This document shows positions 44,401 to 50,669 of a stretch of DNA of 64,000 nt, in pieces (positions within the stretch are counted from its first letter, which is position 1; each line of letters starts with the position of its first letter). The position numbers were made by a program, and so were the translations under genes. Source of the DNA: Gammaproteobacteria bacterium (GTDB lineage: Bacteria; Pseudomonadota; Gammaproteobacteria; CBDBNL01; JAAOII01); assembly GCA_965209035.1 (NCBI GenBank), contig OZ242372.1, forward strand, positions 1,664,001-1,728,000, read 5' to 3'. The notes under the pieces are model-generated. The model ran no database searches, was not told the DNA's origin, and saw only the letters and a list, made by a program, of their open reading frames with translations.

Positions 44401-47400
44401 TGGCATAAACACCGAGGTTTCCTATTCCGCAACGGACAGGGCAGTGCTGCGCGGCACAGCCGCCGCGGGTGGCTTGATAGGCTTGGCTCTCAATAGCGAA
44501 ATCGCTTATTCCGCCGTCAGCGAGACAATGCTGCGCGGCGCCGATTCCGTCGGTGGTCTTCTGGGCAATGGCACCCGGAGTCTGATCTTGTTTTCAACCG
44601 CCGCGGACAACATGCTTGAGGGCAATCGTTCTGTCGGCGGTTTGATAGGAAAGGGGGACGATGTGGATATTATTTCGTCTTCCTCTGCCGGCACGATGTT
44701 GAGAGGCAATCATTCGTTGGGTGGTCTGGCCGGCAGCGGAGTAGACTTGAATATAGTTGCTTCCTTTGCCGAAGGCGGTGCCATTTCGGGCGGCGAGTAT
44801 GTCGGCGGCTTACTTGGCAGAGGAGATTCGTCTGAAATTGCGCTTTCTTATGCGGCACCGGCCATGTTCGGCGGCAGTGGTGTTGTTGCGAGCCTGGTCC
44901 CCGGTGCAGGGGCATCTGTTTTCATTAATGCGTCCTATTGGGATTACGAACGCAGCGGACTGCCACCCGGTGGCAGCCCAAGCGACCCAACCGCCAAGAC
45001 AACCGCGGAACTTCACAACCAAACGGAGTTTACCGGCATTTACGAACATTGGAACAGATTCCGGTGCGATCCGGAATTTGGATTGTTTTCAACGGACGCA
45101 AATGCGAACCTGTCCGTAGGCTGGGATCTTGGCGATATGCATTCCTATCCGTCTCTCGTTTGCGGTCCGATCGCAGAACCCGCCGTTGCCGGGACACTGA
45201 TTTCGGGCCTGACGGTGATTCCGACGAATCAAACCTTGCGACTGACTTGGACAAACGGACCGCGGAACATCTCGCGTTTTCAAATCGCCCGGCAGATCTT
45301 CGGCCAGCCGAGCAGTTCCGCCTTCAAAGATAACCAGACCGATGCGTTTGCTCCGGCCGAACATGTAATTAATGACTTGGAAAATGGGCAACTATACCGC
45401 ATCATCATTTATGTATTTTTGCAAGACGGTTCCTCGCAAAGAGTGACCTCGGTGTTGAGTGTGCCGGGTCTCAATGCGGACGGTGACGGGACTGCTGATC
45501 TATTGGATGACGACGACGATAATGACAATATCCCCGATCTGACGGACGACTTTGATTTTGATGCCTGTGCCGACTTGGATACGGACGGGGACGGTGTGCC
45601 GGATACTATTAGAGATAACTGCGAGTCTCCCTTAAAAACGGATGCCTTTCCCACGGATGCCTGTGCCGACTTGGATACGGACGGGGACGGTGTGCCGGAT
45701 ACTATTAGAGATAACTGCGAGACTCCCTTAAAAGCGGATGCCTTTCCGTCGGATGCCTGTGCCGCTGTTGACACGGACGGCGACGGAGTTCCCGATGATC
45801 TTTTTAATAACTGCGACACACCTTTGGAAATAGACGCCTTTCCGACCGATGCCTGCGCGGTCCTAGATGCGGATTACGACAGAATTCCGGATGCCTTCTT
45901 ACCCGGTTGCGATACTTCATTGCTGCCTTTGGATGCATTTCCCGGCGACACCTGTGCCTCCGCGGACAGAGACGGGGATGGCAGTCCGGATGCCATCTTG
46001 CCGAATTGTCAAACGCTTCTTAAACAAGATGCCTTCCCGGATGATGCCTGTGCGGCTGCGGATACGGACAAGGACGGCATGCCGAATGAGTTGGCGGCAG
46101 GTTGCACCAACGCTACTACGTCGTTAATAGAGGATACGGATGATGACAATGATCTGGTGAACGATATTTTGGATGTGGATGACGACAACGACAGACTGAT
46201 AGATATTTTTACTTTGGAAGATCTTGCCACCCTGCGCGATGACCTCAACGGCGACGGTGAGGATGACGGCTTGTATGATTCTCTGACCGCCGCCGGCAGC
46301 GCCGGCTGTCCGCAGGATGGCTGCATCGGCTATGAATTGACGCGCTCGTTGGATTTTCTGGCGAATGACTCTTATGCGAATGCAACCCAAAAACAAACAT
46401 GGACACAAGGCGAGGGCTGGCAGCCTATTGGCTCCTGTTCTTCGGTGTTGTTCAATGGGATAGTGCCCACGGCAAGTTGTTCGCAAGTTTTCTCCGGGCA
46501 GTTTGACGGCAACCAGTATCAAATTCGCAACCTGTATATTAATCGCCAAGGCCAGCCGGCCCAGGGCCTCTTTGCCGCTGTCAGCGGCACCCTGAGTAAC
46601 CTGCATCTGACAAGAGCAAATGTTCGGGCAAGTGGAGGTGCAAATGGAATAGGTGCAAACGGAATTGCCGTGTTGGCCGGTTACGGACAGCGGGCTCGGG
46701 CTGAAAACATTCGGATTGAAAACAGCGAGGTAGAGGTCAGTGGAGGTTTTCTTTTTTATACTGGCTCTGTTTTCGGCGGCGGCGAGGGATTAACAATTGT
46801 TAATGCCAGTGTGACCGATGTTTCTGTGAGTGGGGGAGTCGCGGTCGGCGGAATAGCCGGAGGTGTGGGGAGTAATTCCGAATTGATCACTTCCTCTGTT
46901 ACCCAAACGAACATAACCGCATTGACTATCGCAGGTGGCATTGTCGGTTGGGGGGAAGGGACACAGATCATTTATTCTTCTTTCAGAAACGGCAGGGTCA
47001 CAAGTTCCGCCAGCGCGGGATCCCCTCCGAGCGGGATCGGCGGCTTGTTGGGTCTGGGTAATGTAGATTCTACCGTTGTTTTTTCTTATGTCGCCGAGAG
47101 CGACATAAGGGCAAATGTGGAAAATGCCGGCGGACTGGTGGGGGATGTACGAGGTTTTAGTTTTAATGCGGCTTTTGCAACCAGAGGCAGCCGTATCATC
47201 GCCTCCTATGTGTCCGGCGGCAGTGTCTCAGGGAGTGCGTCGGCGGGAGGTCTCATGGGTCATGGTGGTCAATCCCGGATAACGGCATCCTATGTGTCCG
47301 ATGTTGCATTGCGCGTAACCAGAAAGGCTATTGGCGGACTAGCGGGAGTTGGAAGTGCTGCACGGGTCACATCTTCGTATGCCGCACCCGCCGGAATTTT

Positions 47401-49927
47401 TGGCGGTGAGGGTGACGACCGGGGCGGACTTCTGGGAGAGGTAACCAGCGGGAGCGGGGCTGTGATTACAAATTCCTATTGGGATTACCGGACGGCAAAC
47501 CTGGTGCCGGATAGCCATGCCCGAACGACAGAAAACCTGCAGCAACCCGTCAATTTTGCGGGAAGCATTTATGCCGAATGGCAACAGTTCTGGTGCGATC
47601 CCGCCACAGGCTATTTCACGACAAATGCAAGTGATCCAATTGCCACGGACAACTACCGTGCTTGGGATCTCGGCACTTCCACGGAATATCCCGCCCTAAC
47701 CTGTATGGACGAGGATCGGGACGGGGTCCCCACCGGGCGCGATGCCTGGCCTTTTGATCCGTGCGCAAGTCGGGATGCGGACAGGGACGGCAGGCCGGAT
47801 AACATTACACAAGGATGTTTGACGCCTCTCCGACCGGACCCGGATATCGATAATGACAACCTGCCCAATGTGGCGGACGCCTTTCCCGCCGACGCCTGTG
47901 CCGGTACGGATACGGACGGTGACGGCTATCCGGATGCACTAAAAGAAGATTGTATCACTTCGCTAAAAACGGATGCCTTTCCTGCGGATGCCTGTGCGAG
48001 TCTGGATACGGATGGTGACGGCTATGCGGATGCGGTGCAAGACAATTGTTCCACTGAATTGGTTGCGGATGTCTTCCCTGCGGATGCCTGTGCGGCTACG
48101 GATGCGGATGGCGATGGTCATCCGGATCCTCTGCGAGAGAATTGCCCGACTGTGTTGCCTGCGGATGCGTTTCCTGCGGATGCTTGTGCCAATTCGGACA
48201 CGGATGGCGACGGCTATGCGGATGCGGTGCAAGGCAATTGTTCCACTGAATTGGTTGCGGATGCCTTCCCTGCGGATGCCTGTGCGGCTGCGGATACGGA
48301 TGGAGACGGCTATGCGGATGCACTGCAAGACAATTGTTCCACCGCATTGTCGGAAGATGCGTTTCCTGCGGATGCTTGTGCCAATTCGGACACGGATGGC
48401 GACGGCTTTGCCGATCTTTTGGTTATCGGCTGTGTCACCGCTTTAATTGAGGATGCCTTCCCCGGGGATGCCTGTGCCTACGAGGACACGGATCTGGACG
48501 GGCTTCCAAACACTCTTTATTGCGAGTCGGGCATCAATCCGACCGCGGATCATGATGATGACAATGACAGACTCATAGAGATATACTCTTTGGAAGCCCT
48601 TGCCTCCTTGCGTGACGACCTGAACGGGGACGGCAGAGATGACGGACACTTTCCTGGGCTGAGCGTATCCGCTATTGCCGGTTGTCCCGGCGACGGCTGT
48701 CTGGGCTATGAACTGGCAGGCTCATTGGATTTTGGCAACTCGGAATCTTATGAAAATCCGACCAACGAGTCCGTTTGGACCGGTGGTACGGGTTGGGTCC
48801 CCGTTGGCTTCTGTTCCGACGCGGACAACTGCAATCCTTGGACGGGGGTGTTTGAGGGGAACGGACACAGGATCACCGGGCTGTTCATCAATGTAACCGG
48901 CGCAACCGGCCAAACTGCCGAAGCAAGGACTCAAACTAACAGATTGGGGCTGTTTGGTGCGGCCGACGGCATCATACGCAATCTGACCCTCTCATCCGCC
49001 CGTCTGCATGGCGGGGTTGCAAGAGTCGGCGTCCTTGTGGGCGATGCGCGAGGTGCGCGCGTGACGCGGATCCTGGTTAAGGACAGTTTTGTTTTAAGTC
49101 CCGCTGCCGATTCTGTTGGCGGCATGGCGGGCTCCGCGATGAATGCGACCATTATGTATTCCGCCGCAATCAACGGGCGGGTAACAGGGAATGATGCTGT
49201 CGGCGGGTTGGTCGGCGGCGGTCCGGAATCTGTTGTCGAGTTTTCTTTTTCATCGGCACAAAATGTAACCGGCAATCGCCAGGTCGGTGGCCTCATCGGC
49301 GACGGGTCCTATGCCCGGGTTACCGCATCCCATGCCGCTGTTGCAAGAGTGCACGGCACGGACACTGTCGGCGGTCTCATCGGCAATGCCACATACGCAT
49401 CCGTACGGGCTTCTTATGCCGAAGAGGGCAGTGTTAACGGAACCCAAAGAGTTGGCGGTTTGATCGGCGACGCATCATACGCCAATATCAGCGCATCCTA
49501 TGCGCGCAATAATCGGGTCAGTGGCGAAAGTGCTGTCGGTGGAATTGGCGGGCTGGTAGCCTTTGCCGAGATGCATTCCTCGTATGCTGCCAACCGTGGC
49601 TTGTCGGCGGCACGAGATGTGCACGGCATCGGGTTCGGCATGCCTCTTGCCGTTAATGATTCTTACTGGGATTATGAGACCGCGGGCGTCGGTTCCGGTG
49701 CGGATGCGGGAGCAAAAACCTCCGGCGAACTGTCATTACCAACTAACTTTGTTGGGATCTACGCGAATTGGGGAGGTTTTTGGTGTGATGCCGAAACGGG
49801 CATTTGGACAACAGATCCCGCGCATCCCCTTGCCCGGCCAAGTCGGCGGGCATGGAATCTGCAAGATGCGGACAGTTATCCCGTTCTTACCTGCCTTGCC
49901 GATCTTGTACAGGTTCTTCTGCCTTGA
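38411..49927 (+). CDS. Giant (3838 aa) predicted lipoprotein: 4 FN3-like domains, TSP3-like Ca-binding repeat tracts, 5 GLUG-motif modules
   Basis: Hydrophobic stretch ending LTVA-C followed by a Ser-rich linker; L.L.W.N..Y FN3 pattern; DxDxDG repeats with paired Cys; repeated GYEL..SLDF, W.PIG, F.GNG..I.NL, VGGL.G, YWD, WCDP, WDLG..YP.L.C motifs. Confidence 0.85.
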   Translation: MKDTKEKLRAHKLMRKLEFKSFHRLVGRLTSVGCLFVCMSFLTVACSNGSSSKSPPRTSVNVVSTGTGIVQFMAIPIESGLRVSWINTQPNIDYFNITLVNIKTGQVESFVKRDQTAYGDQITITFTDLEDETDYIVLVEIFFLAEPEPRAEERVIRRTGKNSDNDELPDSLDVFDDDRCAHTDTDGDGLPDDILADCTTSLIEDPDDDNDGVNDLADAFALDSCASVDTDNDSLPDEILANCTTPLKEDTDDDGDGTEDLADAFGKDRCASVDTDDDGLPDDILADCTTPLIREDPDDDNDGVNDLADAFALDTCASVDTDGDGLPDFLLADCRTLLTEDDDDDNDSIADSEDSDDDNDGLIEIRFLEGLANMRDDLNGDGTDDGRIANVGPGNHIGCPASGCKGYELARSLDFKKADSYQNAANLEFWVTETGWPPIGSCLPTSTDRCTPYDAILDGNGHSINNLFINAEPGAVGLGLFGSVSGSVRNLNLVSARIGGGQRNTGILTGYAADANILGVRVIDGSVSGGENVGGLVGYGERTSIVSSRAEHLFINGIDHIGGLAGVWKQGRIEASAALHNIISGDERIGGLTGLLDGVLNDAAVLASYVLNTSLTGRQSGGGLTGLGVGTSVVASYAALSRQDVSEVVGGLIGQRSGRNIVVTHSYWDAEALGFGLLSGILPAAKRTAELQENTDFNGIYAAWDNYWCDPNTGLFTNNSQDPLATDENLAWNLGSATQYPSLENCHIKFAAPPRPVKNFEVIPAEGSLQLTWDNPPQRFLWFKVAWQQLGAQDQNGTSAIKTTQTAPGNSAAHLIENLSDVHNYSVSVSVVLPDGRTARSVSLIRRPGRNQDGDVLPDALDDFDTEPCAITDTDGDGMPDDLFCPATTGLVADTDDDNDSVPDERDAFDRDACAHTDTDGDGMPDDVLCPSALITDNNDDNDLVPDSADPFPSDRCGSLDRDTDGIADDRVIRCTSNLTRDTDPDNDDFQDQLDDFPADSCANLDTDGDGMPDRLIPNCSTDLSADDDDDGDGITDAEDADADGDGLMEVNTLEELADMRDDLNGNGVDDDRITGRGPKHNLGCPPAGCNGYELAKSLNFNNNDHYEDLANKDAWTTGSGWRSIGSCRHITSCRPYTASFQGNGYTIDNLFLNKSSATVGVGLFGAVADTRISNLRITNARVFGGASNVGILAGVAGGSSFRMIAIENSELVSPSARFAGLIWGSASDGDLSYSYADRVNITGSSDITFGPNNIFTRFPFVGALAGTSASISYSLLGEFRLNTTIARFNYRRYSFPFSGANLGHFAAAYWDKDRATFQRDATFLRGTETERLQGETTHTGIYAGWKNAWCDPRSGAFTRDPNHVLATDINRVWDLGVETEYPRLNCGESVRSKRLPAVNVTAIPANRSLQLSWTNPNQEFLHFRIALTEHQEYGEHREHGQPGEEAGRSLLKTNQTAAGQRAVYVFENLNNAFNYTLSVETVFSDGTTGKTPLFVRRPGPNADGDFMPDSLDAFDADPCATTDTDGDGMPDELLCVSTTGLVADADDDEDGVPDIADAFPRDPCATTDTDGDGMPDELLCVSTTGLVADADDDNDRVPDVADAFDTDPCAVADQDNDGMPNELLCNLGTRLVADDDDDNDSVPDIADAFILDKCASLDTDGDGMPNELFCTTTNLTEDTDDDNDSVPDVSDDYGTDPCAFRDTDRDGLPDDIITFNCVTSLVLDRDRDNDSLIELDTLEDLATLRDDLDGDGLDDGRYPDISPGGRAGCPPNGCTGYELTRSLDFAKADSYRASEYAQHLANWTRGDGWTPIGYCRADNDCLAYEGVFEGNNHSIISLFVNASSPANGVGLFAAATGTLQNIGLSRARVFGGDSDTGILVGYGDGLRLNKVTVDDYVMRAPQGASVGALLGDGYNSEITASVAERGKVTGKTNVGGLIGSGFYTTVSNSATRHVSLNGNQFVGGLVGYSDAMLVSSAESFNASMDGSSAVGGLLGFGINTEVSYSATDRAVLRGTAAAGGLIGLALNSEIAYSAVSETMLRGADSVGGLLGNGTRSLILFSTAADNMLEGNRSVGGLIGKGDDVDIISSSSAGTMLRGNHSLGGLAGSGVDLNIVASFAEGGAISGGEYVGGLLGRGDSSEIALSYAAPAMFGGSGVVASLVPGAGASVFINASYWDYERSGLPPGGSPSDPTAKTTAELHNQTEFTGIYEHWNRFRCDPEFGLFSTDANANLSVGWDLGDMHSYPSLVCGPIAEPAVAGTLISGLTVIPTNQTLRLTWTNGPRNISRFQIARQIFGQPSSSAFKDNQTDAFAPAEHVINDLENGQLYRIIIYVFLQDGSSQRVTSVLSVPGLNADGDGTADLLDDDDDNDNIPDLTDDFDFDACADLDTDGDGVPDTIRDNCESPLKTDAFPTDACADLDTDGDGVPDTIRDNCETPLKADAFPSDACAAVDTDGDGVPDDLFNNCDTPLEIDAFPTDACAVLDADYDRIPDAFLPGCDTSLLPLDAFPGDTCASADRDGDGSPDAILPNCQTLLKQDAFPDDACAAADTDKDGMPNELAAGCTNATTSLIEDTDDDNDLVNDILDVDDDNDRLIDIFTLEDLATLRDDLNGDGEDDGLYDSLTAAGSAGCPQDGCIGYELTRSLDFLANDSYANATQKQTWTQGEGWQPIGSCSSVLFNGIVPTASCSQVFSGQFDGNQYQIRNLYINRQGQPAQGLFAAVSGTLSNLHLTRANVRASGGANGIGANGIAVLAGYGQRARAENIRIENSEVEVSGGFLFYTGSVFGGGEGLTIVNASVTDVSVSGGVAVGGIAGGVGSNSELITSSVTQTNITALTIAGGIVGWGEGTQIIYSSFRNGRVTSSASAGSPPSGIGGLLGLGNVDSTVVFSYVAESDIRANVENAGGLVGDVRGFSFNAAFATRGSRIIASYVSGGSVSGSASAGGLMGHGGQSRITASYVSDVALRVTRKAIGGLAGVGSAARVTSSYAAPAGIFGGEGDDRGGLLGEVTSGSGAVITNSYWDYRTANLVPDSHARTTENLQQPVNFAGSIYAEWQQFWCDPATGYFTTNASDPIATDNYRAWDLGTSTEYPALTCMDEDRDGVPTGRDAWPFDPCASRDADRDGRPDNITQGCLTPLRPDPDIDNDNLPNVADAFPADACAGTDTDGDGYPDALKEDCITSLKTDAFPADACASLDTDGDGYADAVQDNCSTELVADVFPADACAATDADGDGHPDPLRENCPTVLPADAFPADACANSDTDGDGYADAVQGNCSTELVADAFPADACAAADTDGDGYADALQDNCSTALSEDAFPADACANSDTDGDGFADLLVIGCVTALIEDAFPGDACAYEDTDLDGLPNTLYCESGINPTADHDDDNDRLIEIYSLEALASLRDDLNGDGRDDGHFPGLSVSAIAGCPGDGCLGYELAGSLDFGNSESYENPTNESVWTGGTGWVPVGFCSDADNCNPWTGVFEGNGHRITGLFINVTGATGQTAEARTQTNRLGLFGAADGIIRNLTLSSARLHGGVARVGVLVGDARGARVTRILVKDSFVLSPAADSVGGMAGSAMNATIMYSAAINGRVTGNDAVGGLVGGGPESVVEFSFSSAQNVTGNRQVGGLIGDGSYARVTASHAAVARVHGTDTVGGLIGNATYASVRASYAEEGSVNGTQRVGGLIGDASYANISASYARNNRVSGESAVGGIGGLVAFAEMHSSYAANRGLSAARDVHGIGFGMPLAVNDSYWDYETAGVGSGADAGAKTSGELSLPTNFVGIYANWGGFWCDAETGIWTTDPAHPLARPSRRAWNLQDADSYPVLTCLADLVQVLLP
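42962..43215 (+). repeat. 135-bp near-identical tandem repeat (45-aa TSP3-like unit) in the giant gene
   Basis: Units start at 42962 and 43097 and differ mostly at synonymous sites. Confidence 0.85.
45560..46080 (+). repeat. ~96-bp (32-aa) repeat array DAFP.DACA..D.DGDG.PD....NC
   Basis: Units at 45560 and 45656 are identical over about 66 bp; later units more diverged; end approximate. Confidence 0.8.
47875..48500 (+). repeat. Second 96-bp (32-aa) repeat array DAFPADACA..DTDGDGY.DA.QDNCST
   Basis: About 7 units visible in protein and DNA; ends approximate. Confidence 0.8.
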
Positions 49928-50033
49928 GCCGGAATTCCCAAAAACTTGCAGGCGGGCGAGTAGGCAAAGTATGAAATACGGGATCTGAGATGGGAGACGG
50001 AACAGATATTTTTCAATCCTGTTTTTTTAAGTT

Positions 50034-50591
50034 TGTCAATTCAACCTTCCGGCGCAACACCGGTTACTAAATTATAATCCACTCCGGATCCACTCCGGTC
50101 GCTTCTGAGAAGCCTTCGGCGGGTGTTGTAAATCCGAGTCGCTTGCGCGGTCGTTGATTAAGTCGGTGAATGACCCGGGGCAGTTTCTGTCGGCTCTGTT
50201 CATTCAGTGGTTGCTTCCAGTGGTTACTTCTTGGAAAAATATTGACGCAACAGGCCATAACAGCTAGGCGACTTGCGGATGCCCGCAGAACTCTTTCCCG
50301 TTGTCACAGGTGATGGTATGCGTCTACGCGCGTAACGGGTAAAATAAATTCACGATCGCGGCACCGGTGGTTTCCTTGGTGCGGTCTTTGAGATAGGCAC
50401 TCAAAGTGAGTCCGGTTTTGCGCTCAACCGGAGTGAGTAAGAAGACGCTCCGGTTGCTACCATGCATGGTGTCCGGTTTTTTTCGGCTCGCGACCTCGGC
50501 CGGCCTTTCCTCATGCTTCCTTATGCTTCCTTGAATTTTGTAAAATTCAAGGAAGCATTTCACGGTATTGCACTAGTTACTTGAATTTACA
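50034..50591 (-). mobile_element. Internally deleted IS30-family element (copy 2, non-autonomous)
   Basis: IRs TGTCAATTCAACCTTCCGGCGCAACACCG / rc TGTAAATTCAAGTAACTAGTGCAATACCG; relics LLTPVERKT, TITCDNGKEF (DDE motif, between in-frame stops) and LNQRPRKRLGFTTPAE. Confidence 0.9.
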
Positions 50592-50669
50592 GTGTATAAT
50601 AAGGAGTAATAGATACTTTATATTTCTATTGTGTTCGTTTAGTGATTTAATTAATAAGTAGTAGGTAGT

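Noticed and set aside
38940-48560. Repeat tracts as a CRISPR array or DGR template/variable repeats
   Set aside because: Repeats are in-frame coding units with multiple-of-3 periods and no unique spacers; no cas or reverse transcriptase gene in the window and no adenine-specific mismatch pattern noticed
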